Assembly (NCBI GenBank): GCA_000708835.1
Contig: DF236992.1
Location: 1-64,000 of the forward strand
Direction: 5' to 3'
Origin: Klebsormidium nitens
Taxonomy: Eukaryota; Plantae; Klebsormidiophyceae
DNA length: 64,000 nt
The position numbers and the translations under genes were made by a program. Positions 22,768-34,300 of this stretch are shown in pieces. The notes beneath the pieces are model-generated. The model had not been told where the DNA came from and made no database searches. It saw nothing but the letters and a program-made list of their open reading frames with translations. The first letter of the stretch is position 1; each line of letters opens with the position of its first letter.

Positions 22768-25077
22768 ATGAACCTCTTCGCACAAGAGCTTTCCAAACTC
22801 TCTAATGCTCGGTGCTTTTCCTCTCCCCTGCAGTCAGACACCCTCTCTTCAAGCCGCTCTTGCACGACCACGGATCCAGACGGGATGTGCGCCGGCGCCT
22901 CCTCCGACGAGTTGCTCTTCCAAGTGGTGAGCTATCTGGAAGCCCAGCGGAGCCGCTCCCCCGCCGTCCCCTGCGTGCCGACGCCCCCCCCGAGCGCGCT
23001 CGCCACGATGCACCGCAGCCCGAGTTTCAGTGCCGATAGCGGCGTCGTTCTTGCGGAAACCGAACGGGAATCGTCGAATTGCCCACCCACGAGCGACTCG
23101 AGCGTGGAGGAGAGCTCGTCGGCGCACGTTCCGGATGGGGGGGCGCCGCCGAGCGGCGCGTGTACCCCCCTGGAAAGTGCGTGGATGCAGTGTCTGAGCC
23201 CCGACACGGGGGGGCTGGATCTCCTGGCAGACATTCCTGACGAGTGGCCGGCCGCCCCGAGAGGGGGGGCCGTGGGCGAGAACGCGCTCCTCGCGCCTTT
23301 GGACGGCAACGGGCCGAAGTTACTGGGGGTGGGTAGTGTTGGGGAGGTGGCAGCAAACGAAGGAGTCGACTCGATCTGGCAGCGGATCTCTGCGAGCCGA
23401 GGTGGGGGGCTGTGGGAGACACATACGGGCGCTGGAGAGTTAAGGGGGGGGTCAAGTGAGGGGTCCGGTTTAAGCAGCGAGGGGCTAGGCTTGACTGGCG
23501 CAAAGCACCCTGGAGCACCCCCCCGGGTCTCGCGATTCCGGCCCCCAGACGAGCTCTGCTTCTCGAATACGAGACCGCTGCAACGGTCTTCGACGCTCCC
23601 CGCCTCTTCAAGCTTTGCATGTCAGGCCCCCAAGGCTGGCGCGACACCAGCCGGCCCCATTGAGCTCGAGCAACTCAATGCTGCACAGCCGGTGTCAATG
23701 GAGCTCGAACCCCTGCCCGCTGCCCCGTGGATCCCATCGATGGAGGCTCTGAAGCTGCCACCTGTCGCCCCGCCGCGGCGCCAGCTGGCGCGGGTGCGAG
23801 CGCCTGGGAACGCTCTCTTGCGCACGCACTCCGACCCTGCGCGGTGGCTGCAGAGTTACGAATCGGGGGAGGGTCTTTTGGGCGACGCGCTGCTCCCCCC
23901 CCGAAGTTTCGCCCCGCGACCAGCCCCCCTGGAACGACAAAGAAGCGTCCCCGCTTTGCCGGTGTCGTCCGCCCTCGGGGGGGGTCCCTTGCAACGACAG
24001 AGCAGCGCCCCCGAGGCAGAAGTCACGGAGCTTTTGGGCGAGCAGATCCTGCAAGAGCTCAGGCGGCGCCGGGAGGGCCAGGCGCCGCTGCGGGGGGGCC
24101 TTGCCAAGCCAAAATTGACCCCCAGCCAGATGCAGCTGATTTTAGACCAGCACCGTTTCATGCTCGAGAACCAGCCCCCCGAGGGCGCGTGGCGGGGTGG
24201 GGGCGTCCTGGATACCGTGCGCGAGGGGGTGCCCACTGGACAGCTGGCGGTGCCCAGCGGACAGCTGGCGGGGCGTCATCAGCCGCTGGCACGAAGCGGA
24301 CAGCTGGCAGGGTCCGACGGACAGCTGGCGGCGGCGCGCGCGTCCGCGCGGCCGAAGGTGGACAAGCGGCGGCGCGGCGCGGAGGACGAGTGGGCGGCGC
24401 ACGCGCACCAGCGCGAGGTGACGCGCGAGCTGGCGGAGGCGCGCGCGGCGTTGCCAGGTGGCCGCAACTCACTGGCCGGCCTCGCGGCAAATGCCGGGCA
24501 CCGGGCGCAGTGCCCGGGTCCGGACGGTCCGGCTGCTGCGGGGCAGATGAAAGTTGCTCGGCAAGCCATGGGGAGCCAAGGTCCGCTGAGCGCTCAAGCT
24601 GAAGCAGATGCGCTTTTCTGGGGGGAACAAAGTGCTCCGGAAGTTGGCCCCCTACGGGGCGCCGTTCCGCTCAATGAGGCCCAACCGGCGGGCCACCCGG
24701 AACTCCACTCGAGAGCCTTCTTGCCCGAGGTCGGCTTGCACCCTGCGCCGCTCCCAGGGTTCGAAACCATCACCGTTCCGGAGCTGCCACGTGGCAGCTC
24801 CCCGAACGAGCTGCCGTGCGCGCCGCACGCGCGCTTCGTGGTGCCCGTGGGGCCCAATCTGGCGCACGTCATGGAGATCTTTAAGAACGCGCAGCCTGCC
24901 CGGGAGGTGGAGGTTTCCAAACCTTTACCGACGGAAACACCGAATCACGTGGGCGAGACGCCGCTCGTCTCCCCCCGGACGCAACTTCCCAGCTGGGAGA
25001 GCTGGGCGTTTGAGGAGGGGCTTGCCGATATGGACTTCTCGGACACGCTTCTTGGTAGCGCTAACTTGGACGTTTGA
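22768..25077 (+). CDS. Intronless ~770-aa low-complexity, probably disordered protein of unknown function
   Basis: The 809-codon open frame 22648-25077 has its first in-frame ATG at 22768. It is GC-rich like exons elsewhere in the window. It contains four LxRxx(S/T)xP motifs, four GQLA repeats and a basic/coiled segment KVDKRRR...REVTRELAEARAAL. Confidence 0.72.
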   Translation: MNLFAQELSKLSNARCFSSPLQSDTLSSSRSCTTTDPDGMCAGASSDELLFQVVSYLEAQRSRSPAVPCVPTPPPSALATMHRSPSFSADSGVVLAETERESSNCPPTSDSSVEESSSAHVPDGGAPPSGACTPLESAWMQCLSPDTGGLDLLADIPDEWPAAPRGGAVGENALLAPLDGNGPKLLGVGSVGEVAANEGVDSIWQRISASRGGGLWETHTGAGELRGGSSEGSGLSSEGLGLTGAKHPGAPPRVSRFRPPDELCFSNTRPLQRSSTLPASSSFACQAPKAGATPAGPIELEQLNAAQPVSMELEPLPAAPWIPSMEALKLPPVAPPRRQLARVRAPGNALLRTHSDPARWLQSYESGEGLLGDALLPPRSFAPRPAPLERQRSVPALPVSSALGGGPLQRQSSAPEAEVTELLGEQILQELRRRREGQAPLRGGLAKPKLTPSQMQLILDQHRFMLENQPPEGAWRGGGVLDTVREGVPTGQLAVPSGQLAGRHQPLARSGQLAGSDGQLAAARASARPKVDKRRRGAEDEWAAHAHQREVTRELAEARAALPGGRNSLAGLAANAGHRAQCPGPDGPAAAGQMKVARQAMGSQGPLSAQAEADALFWGEQSAPEVGPLRGAVPLNEAQPAGHPELHSRAFLPEVGLHPAPLPGFETITVPELPRGSSPNELPCAPHARFVVPVGPNLAHVMEIFKNAQPAREVEVSKPLPTETPNHVGETPLVSPRTQLPSWESWAFEEGLADMDFSDTLLGSANLDV

Positions 25078-27071
25078 GGGCGGGTTATAGCGCCTGCTTG
25101 TAGTATGTATGAGTGTTGGTTTTGGCCATTCGCCGCGGAGAAGGCAACGGAGACGCGCCTCGGAGTGCCTCTAAAAGCCTGAGGCTTTCTTGCTGGGCAG
25201 TGCATATATGCTCGGCAAATTGATGCAGTTCCCACGGACGCCATTAGTTAGATGTGGTGCTTAGGGTAACTATAAGTGAGTACCCAAGCTAGAAACAGCG
25301 GGCCTATAGATGGAGGCTGAGGGCGCTGCTTGGAGCTTGGAAATAATATGAAAGACGGATTGACCTCAATTCTTCCATCGACGTATAGGACTCGTTGACT
25401 TTCCGTCAATCGTTGTTTAGGTCGGTGAATAAGGTACTTTGGTTTGATTAGTAAGTCGTATATATAGGGTAGTTTGGAGGACGGCCTCCCGAGGTAGTGA
25501 TATGCAAATTCTAGGGTTGACTTCGGGCCTAGATAGACCCTGCTGGAACATGCAAGTACCAGTACAATAGCACGTAACATGCTGGAGAGCTCTCAATCAG
25601 CATTCCCAAAGTTTGTCAGCTGAGTAGAATCCATCAGCCAAGTCTTCGTCGTGCTTTGGGTCGGATCCACTGTAATGATCCTGTCCACATGAGCTGTAGT
25701 GCGGGCCAGGCCCGCGGCGCGGCCCTTTAAGATTACATGCAATCCCGGTCATGAGCTAGGTCAACTAGTCAATGAGCGATCGACTAGTGTTGGAGAGTAT
25801 AGTTAGTACTGAATTTCCCCATATCGATCCCATTTGATCGATGAATCACATGATAGGGGCCATCTCATAATATATCATCAGCCGCCTGGATTGCCGGCCG
25901 CCCATGCAATTAATTGTCGCGTGTCTGACACGACTGGACTGGCATGATGAAATTGCGTACGTCGCCGGGCCCCGCTGCGGTCAACTTAAGATTATAGGGG
26001 AATCGTTGGTGAAGCTGCCGCCGCGCGAGCATGCATATTATCATCATGATAGATTCCAAGATTGAGTCCCGACTCGGAAAAATAGAAGACATGAGTCTCG
26101 ACATACCTATGATCTGAGTCCGAACTCGATATATTCCTGTATAGGCACAATTATGCGCAGCACATGTGACATCGAGCGCGCGCGCGGGCACCATTGGCAC
26201 GTCAGTCCTCGTCACTGATATCAGAGTTGAATTTTTGTTATATGTGACAATAGGACAACGGACTATAGCTATGACCTGGCATCGTAAGTCATAACTTACG
26301 GTGGTAACCAGCTAGATCCTTTTATAAACATGATCGATTCTAGCGCGTTATAATTGTTACTTAATCTTAGTAGACCGCTACCGTCATATCGCGCGGCTTG
26401 GCCTCATGTGAACTGAGTAAAAGTGCATTAAACTGATTAGTGATCCGACGCATGCATGTCTGTAGTGGATCAAAGGCACACGTCGTCACAGCTCAGGCTG
26501 CATATGATGCTTGAGAGAGGCTCAGTTGGGAACTTAAACATGTTGGGTGAGTGACCGACTTGTTCATGCCTGATTGGGATGACACGAGTAGCTGGCAGGA
26601 CGCCTTGATTGTCAAATGGCGGTGCAGCCTGCTCACCATTGTCCAGACTTTGATGATATGAAATAGTAAATTTGATTCCCAGTACTCAAGCGGCGGCAAT
26701 CATAGCATAGGCAACATAGCCGGGCACTTTACTATGAAGACCATCTGCTGCCAGGCAACCGGCCTGCCTACCGTTGTCTCCTCCGTGATTGAAGTACAAA
26801 CACAAACTCGAGCTGTGCTGAAGGCCAACACGTCGCATGTCCCTCAAGTAGTGGTGCACGGCTTCGAATCCTTCAGAAGAAACGCACATATAGAGACGCG
26901 CATGCCACAAAATACTTTAACATGACAGCCCTTCACCTTGCTGCGACCCCAACTCATCTACCGTCAGCTTTCATAATCATAACCTTGCATAATTATTTGC
27001 CCTCCTCTAGCAGGGAGCAGACGGCAGAGACGGCTGCTTGCCGCCACGTGTCACACCCACGTTCGTTCCCG

Positions 27072-30000
27072 TCACTCCTCGTCGTCATCCGGCTCAACCC
27101 GGGGCCCAGTCCGCGAGAAGGGCAGCTCCGGCTCTCCGAGGATCGGCGTGAGGTATACAGCTGCGCCGGCGGCGAGAAACGCGGCCCCGTTCTTCAACAG
27201 CGGCTGCGACAAGATTGGAGCGAGCGGAGCCCTGGTTAGAGGCTTCAGCCTAGCTTTGACGTCAGGCGGGCACGAGGGCTAGTCCATTGACACGTGACAC
27301 AACAAGAAGCCAACGGCGAACGCTCCACCCATCGAGCCAGTGCAGATGTGTGCACAAAGGAAGGCCTAGCGTCAAGGAAGAAGGACATTTCCAAGTCATC
27401 CTAAACCCGCAAACTCTGACACCTTTCTGATTTTCATTAGACTTCCGCAGGCAAAATCCGTGCAGAACATCGCCGGAGGGTTTACAAAGTCGAAGTCATG
27501 CACACTGCACAGGGTCGAAGAGTTGCCTCGCAACTGGAGTTTGAGAACCGCTCGCGTCGTCAATGTCGGGACTGTCACAATGCGACGCTGGCCCATTAAA
27601 ATGTCAGGCTGATGCCAACGTGCCAAGAAAGTCTGCAAACGGGCTAAGTTTTGTAGGAGACCGCAAAACCTTGGCAGCTGGGGCTTACTTCGAGCTCTGT
27701 GGTCCGTGACGTCACCGGAAGGATCCCAAACGACACGAGCAGGAACGCCCAGAGCGGAGCGAACGTCAGGATCCACTGCGGTTACAATGATCGGGTTAGA
27801 GTGGGTTATCACCCTTGCGGCGCTGCATTGGAATGGTAAGGCAAACTGAATCGAGCTTCAAGCAGAGTCAAGGGACTCGCGAAACGTACCCCAGAGAAAG
27901 GGAAATTAGATCGCGGGCTCAGGACGGGTGCCTCGATCCTTTCTCCCGACTGGGGACCGGACAGCATACCTAGTTGCCTCAGGACAATCATGGCACGCAT
28001 TTTGCCCCAATCCCAGAAGGTTGATCCCTGGTTTATTACAAGAGGCAGACCCAACCGGCGTCCCTGTCATTAGGAAGCAGATTTCCTGCTTTGCAGACCA
28101 GTGAAGTGCACTCGAAGGTCAACGCTTCCTTGTGAAAGTTACGAGGTTTTCTTCCCGATCGCAACCATCGAGCTATCCATTACAGAGCTGGTCTGGCGTT
28201 CGAATAGCGCGTGCATGTTGCGATGCGACAGCTGACTCGAGCAGGTGTCCGAGATGAAGCAGCGTCGGACGAAGCGAGCGTCCGGAAAAGCGTTTACATA
28301 AGCAGGCGTCAGCGTTCGCAATAAGCAAAGCAACTCACTCACTGATTGTCCACTTGAGCCATCGTCCGTTCGGACAGCGTTTGCATAAGCGGGCGTCGAA
28401 CGACTGACGTCCAGATCGATAGCGTCCGCACGAACCACGGTTCACATGAGCGACGTTTCGTAAATGGCAGCTTGCCTCTTTGGAAGCCAAACGTCTTTTC
28501 TTTGCTGCTTTAAACACTCGTCAAGGGAATGCAGCGTCCCCATGATTAAAAATGGTTCGAAAGTAAGAGGCTTCCACTTACTGTCAGCTGATTGTTGACC
28601 CTTCCCGAGAGGGGCACGCGGGCTGAGAATCCGAAGACGGCCCCCGCGGCCACTGAACAGGCGAGGGTTAGGAAGTAAAGATCGTCAACCAAACCCGGTA
28701 CAAACCTGCGCAGGTCAAGGAGACGATATATGGGGTTAACCAACATGTCAAAGGGCGACCAAAAGGCAGATCGACAGGTTCAGAACCGAGGTTGCAAGCA
28801 AAGCTTGAGTTTGGGCGGACTTCTAAACTTTTGAGCGCAAACGGTCAGGAGTGCACTCTTAGGCAAGTCAGGTTATTAGCCGAAGCCGGAATAAGTCTGG
28901 AGGTTTTAAAGAAAAGTGGAAGCAAGAAAGAAAGGAAGCGAGCTAGCGAGTACAAAATGAAAGAAAAAGAAGAAGCTCTGTAAGGGAAAAAAGCAGGACG
29001 TCCTTCGTGCGTCTGCCCACCTGCATCCCTTGTCTCGTCCGAGGCAGTCCCTCAACGCGCCGACCGTCTCCATCAACGCCTTTGCATTCCCCTCTTCTGC
29101 AATGTAGAATTGGTTCCCGAACCGCGACTGAAGTTCCGTAAAGAATTGCCGGGGCAGTTTTTCCCTCACGCCGTCGCCCGTGTTGAAGTTGAGCACGTTC
29201 GGAGCGCTGACGTCATCGATGACGACGATGGTGCGGGAGTCGAGGTTCCAGACTGACCGGACCTCGTTGCCCGAGGGGAAGGAGCCGGGACCGTTGCGGG
29301 TTACAATGCCTGCAAGAATGGGAGCTCCATCTTATTCTTGCTTACTCTTATGGGGCTTCCGACGCTCACTTAGTTCGTCATATCAGCGAACCCCAGTGTT
29401 ATGCAGGAGCAACAAAAACCTAGATTGATTCTCGAGTACAGGATCGACACTGATTGCCTGCTTCATTTGAGCTGCGAGGAATGAAGTCAGGAATGCTGCC
29501 GTCTGCAGCCAGAGAGAGCGTTCCAACTTCTCATCTGATCCATTTTCACCGACAAACGGTAGAGGGCAAAGTAAGGAAGTTTAGACCCCAAGTCTCTTCC
29601 AATCCAGAAGTTGTCAGTGCACCAATAAGAATAGAAGCTGCTCTGGTTTAGGGAAGCAGGCTTACGGATCTTCCATCCTGTCTGGTCTGCAAACTCCGCC
29701 AGTCCATTCGCAAGCTCCCCTTCCCTTCCGTCTGGAATGATGCTTGCCCCATCAATGATTGGCCCGTTCCTCTCGGGTCTTACAAAAGCGCCCCTCTCCG
29801 CACCGTAAGCTATGCCCGGACTGCCCATAAGCAGTGCGGCTGTGCAAAGGACAGTAGCGACACCTTGAGCCCCTCTGGTTAGGAGCGAGCTTTTGCCATT
29901 GTCTACGTTAACTGCTCCGCAGGTTTCCACGTTCACGGGTCTCTCCCAACGCCTGGTTTGCGGCTGGCTGCATTCTGGACTATCATAAGCGCCAGCCCGA

Positions 30001-30227
30001 ACCAGACACTCCGAATGGTGCGAGATCTTCTGGTGATTCTTTGGAAGAAAAGGAGCGCCACCCAAGTTCCTGCGAAGCAGTAAATGTACGGTGCGGTACC
30101 ATTGGGCAGCAGCCGGCCCCGCAATGGAAACTTCAAGTGGGCTTGAAGTGTGCTGCGCTTCTGCTGCCGACAGCATGCTTCCACTTGTGCGGCGCCCATA
30201 TGAGCGAGAGAGCGCAGGAGACGCCAT
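27072..30227 (-). CDS. Plastid-targeted TPM-domain protein (TLP18.3/Psb32/MOLO-1 superfamily; thylakoid 15-kDa protein 2-like, cyanobacterial type with C-terminal membrane helices)
   Basis: Exons 30227-29666 (transit peptide, hydrophobic signal, GWKIR), 29309-29021 (LNFNTGD...FFTELQSRFGNQFYIAEEG...ALRDCL) and 28705-28582 (FVPGLVDDLYFLTLACSVAAGAVFGF). Probable last exon ~27230-27072 (PLLKNGAAFLAAGAAVYLTP). The join between 28582 and 27230 is unresolved. Confidence 0.82.
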
Positions 30228-30435
30228 GATTACAGCAAGAGAAGGGCACCCAAAATGTGGAGAATGTCTGGCCTTTTATGAACCAATGAGGAGTCGCCAG
30301 TGATTGAAAAGACGTTTGCTGCTGCTTGGCACCTACCGATCTGCAAAACAATCCAAGTATTACATTAGGTATTCGAGATACCGGTACCTGAGGCTGTGTT
30401 GAGGATCGACGGCCCATCGGCCAGCAGAGATGAAA

Positions 30436-30711
30436 CTCAAGAAAAATAATAGTAAGCCCAGATAATAGTAAGGTAACCGCACNNNNNNNNNNNNNNNNNN
30501 NNNNNNNNNNNNNNNNNNNNNNNNNNNNNNNNNNNNNNNNNNNNNNNNNNNNNNNNNNNNNNNNNNNNNNNNNNNNNNNNNNNNNNNNNNNNNNNNNNNN
30601 NNNNNNNNNNNNNNNNNNNNNNNNNNNNNNNNNNNNNNNNNNNNNNNNNNNNNNNNNNNNNNNNNNNNNNNNNNNNNNNNGCCTTACTAAGTTACCATTA
30701 TCTTTCTTGAG
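30436..30711. mobile_element. Probable small inverted-repeat element whose interior is the assembly gap
   Basis: Left end CTCAAGAAAAATAATAGTAAG matches the reverse complement of the right end, CTCAAGAAAGATAATGGTAAC (18/21). No clear target-site duplication. Confidence 0.5.
30483..30680. other. Assembly gap (198 N)
   Basis: Run of N characters. Confidence 1.
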
Positions 30712-31303
30712 AATTATCCAGCAGAGGCGCCCGCCCGCGAGGCGGCCCGACCCGTCCTAACCCCCAGCTAACCCTACTAACTTACAGCAGTGGTTCAATG
30801 CGAAATTCAATAGGGGATATTGCCTGAAACCCGCTTTTGCCCCGCGCACGCCGTGCACTTACCGAGGGTTTGGCCAAGGTTTCCTCAAAACCTGACAACA
30901 TGATCATCACTCGTTTGCACCATAAATATGCATAATGCTCCTTCCGGCACCAAGAAAGCAAGGAATGAGCGGTCAGAATGAGGAATGAGGAAATCAAAGT
31001 GAGCAATGAGGAGGAGCCATTGTAAAGAGCAACGAGCATTGCAGTAAGCAGCTAGCCCGTGAATACATGATCCAGTGGACTCTGCAGCAGCAGAGGCTAT
31101 TAGAATCCAATCAGAAGCCATGAGATACGTCAGCAGGAAGTCCCCAGGAAGTCATCCCTGCAAGCTTTAAGATTTGGGGCGTCCTGCAGATACCCTTGGA
31201 GTTCTGGTTGATGTTTGAGGCTCTACTTGACTAGGAAGGCTTGAGATGTAGAAGCTTGGGTAAAGTTCTTGTCTCTATTAGCAACTTGCATACTTCTAAC
31301 AAC

Positions 31304-34300
31304 ATGTTGGCAAGACCCCGTTTGGCCTCATCGTTTCTGCTCATTCTAGCCTTGAGTTGTCTACTTCAGACAATCTGCGCAGACTATGTAGTAACATGGC
31401 CACGGCCAGGGGCCCCAGAGCCCCCAGGCATTACTCCTGGCGAATGCCCTCTGACTTACCACGAGCCAGACATCCAACAAGCGAAGCAAGTCTGTTCCTC
31501 TGGTGAGGGGTTTGAAATTCTGTCAAGCCTGTAGGTGTACAGTTCAGGCCTGTATGCACTGACCAAGCACCTCCAGTTGTTGCAATAAGGCTTTGACAGA
31601 CACGTTGGGTAAAAGAAAGTTACCCCTTTTACCAGACGTTGTCTACTTGTCAGCTATTTTCCAGTGATGCCTCGACCGATCTTCATAATGTTGAGTCTTA
31701 CCATGTGCATGCGCCACCTTTACTGTAGTCTCTTTCCTGAGGAACCTCTTGTAGCAGGGCTAGTTTTTTGGATTCTGCAGAATTGTGTCAGCAACAAGTT
31801 GCTCCAATGCGTCAGCTGAGGCTTGCTGAATTCAGCAGCTGATATTAACCCGGTAATATCAGCTGCTGTTAGTCGCTTCTAGATTATTGTCTTTACAAAG
31901 AAGTAGCTTCTTGTCCGCTTACATTTACGCTCCTCATTGTTCCCGCTCATGAAGGCACAGGCACTCTTTGTCTCCCTTACAGGGGCCAGCTCTGGCTGCT
32001 GCAATCAGCTGCAGGCAACCTTATTCTCGGCCAGGGTCCGTTACGCCAACGACACGGGGCGCTTACTCCTGCCTCAAGCATCAGCTGATGCATGCGTGCA
32101 GGTACCAGCTCTCCTTTGACCTCTTGCGGACATCCACAAGTGCGTCCAAATGCAAAAAAGTTGCACTTGGACGCAGTGACGTTTGTTACTAGAGGCTGCC
32201 TCTGGCTAAGTGCGTGAATCAGTTTCCAGGAATAGCTCAAGTGGACAGAGCCGCCGTCTCAGTTGGCAGAAGTCAACATTGCGTTGGTTGTGAGGCCCAT
32301 CTCCAGATGTAGCATGTTCTGCCCCTTTGATTATGTTGCTGCAAATGCAGGTAGCTTGAGCTAATGCATGCACCCGGTATGGTACCTCAGAGTGACCCTC
32401 AGCAATCACTTTTCTCTTACCCCTCAGATGGCTAAGGCACGAGTGAGGGGCTTTGAAAGAGTGCTTGCTTCTCTGGTGCAGAGTCTTGGAAGTGCCGTGG
32501 CGTTCGCTGAGACACCCCTCGTTGGTACTTGCGGCATCACAAGCAGGCCCTTGTCAGAGGACTCTGGGAGGGCATGCGGAGAGGACCTTACAAGTGTGTA
32601 TGACTTCTGGAATGCTGCAGACCGCACCTTTCCAGGTATGCCCCAACTTCTTGGTCACTTATTCAAGGCTTTTCGGCTTCAGTTACTTCAAGTGTGCACA
32701 CCATCCGAAGTGCTGTTTGCAATTGATACGTGCACAATTCATCATCTTCCGTCAGGCTTCAGTTGAGCTGCTGTGGTCTAGGTGGACTGCCATCGTACTT
32801 TCAACTGGTCATGCTTGATGAAGATACACTGCTAGACTGTCACCCTGCTTATCCGTAATCACGTACCTTCTCCAGAATCGACAAAGCAGCAAGTCCCAGG
32901 CGACTTGCTCTTCATGAGCTTCGTTCCTCTGGTCTCCATGTGCACTCACACCGTCTCAGGTTCGACCTTCTGCCTTCTCACACTTCAAGAACCTGCCCTG
33001 CCGTTCAGGTCTGGTCGGTCCGAGTTGCTACGGGCAAAGGGACTGCAGCGTTTGTACCTCTCTCATCACATCCGAGATCATGGCACTGGGCCGCAGCACC
33101 ACGGCCCTTCTCAGCACGCCATCATGTCAAGGTGAGGTAATCTACGTCAAAGCCAAAACACCTGATGTACGCATAAGATCGTTTATCATGTGTCCAATAC
33201 TCTGTCCATTTTAAGGGGCACTAGCCGTCAAATGGAAAGCAGAATCTGCGAACGGCAATGATTCCCGGTGGATGCGTGACAAATGCCTTTGCATGATCCA
33301 GAGTCCCACTCATGCTTTTCAGGACTTCTGTGGCATCTGCATGCAAAACCCCGTGAACCTATCCACTTCGAGAGTGAGGCAGGCGGTTTCTTGCGAGCTT
33401 TCGAGATTCTAATGGCGGCTCTAGAGCTTTGTGAGCCAGCTCGACCAAGCCCGACCTCATACATCATGTCCCTGTCGATACAGTGTTGTCACAACCTACA
33501 CAAAGAACGTCAGACGACCAGCCTGGTTATCTTTGGCTAAGTGGTCTCGGGACCAATCAAAAGCACTTTACAAGGCACAACCAAACATAGTCAAAAGCAG
33601 CAACTTTTGCGTTACTTGTGCTTGAAGGACACCCTCCCCCTTGTCGCTTGACTTTACCAGTTCCAACTCTTTGCTTCTTTCCAAATCCTGCAGATCTGGC
33701 TCAAGTAGCAATGACGGCAGCAGCGTATCCCGTCACACTCGCCAACAGCATGGCACGCTGCCTCCATCTGATCGAAATTACGCCCGTTCCTCAGCGTCCA
33801 AAGTGCACCATCTTCGATTGGGATTCCATAGAGTACACGGGTGTTGTGCCCTGCTGTGGACCGCAGCAGGTTCGGCCGGACCGCTGCTGTGAAATGATCC
33901 TGGGAATGTACGGCCAAGTCCATTCGCTGTATCTGAACCAAACGGGCCACGGATTCGTCGAGGTACGTGCCCTTCCACACTCTTGGAGCAAGGAGGAGAT
34001 ACACAACGATAGAGTTGTTTCCGAGCAGGTCCTCGACCTTCTCTCTCTCTTCTTACCTTCTCTCATTGGAAGATTTGTGCAACGCTGACGGGCATTCTCA
34101 GGACGAAAAGTGAGACCCTTGCAAGCAGTCCTTTGATCTTTCGACATGATGGAAGATGTACGTGCGTTTCCAGGCACGAGCATTCGCTTTTCCAACAGCG
34201 CCTCTCCACCCTCTGCCTTTCTTCAAGCAAGTATCGGATTCTTTCGCATTTCTCGCTTCTCGATGCTTCAATACGAAGCCTTCTCAGATGATGCAAAGAA

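Noticed and set aside
23027-24602. Overlapping alternative-frame ORFs (206 aa minus, 291 aa plus and others)
   Set aside because: Expected by-products of very high GC within the 809-codon ORF; Arg/Ala/Pro-rich with no motifs.
25248-25580. 110-aa minus-strand ORF after the orphan gene
   Set aside because: No family motif, AT-rich codon usage unlike the exons, and no supporting splice structure.
27396-28517. Several 60-138-aa ORFs within the long TPM intron
   Set aside because: None matches the expected missing transmembrane exon or any known domain.
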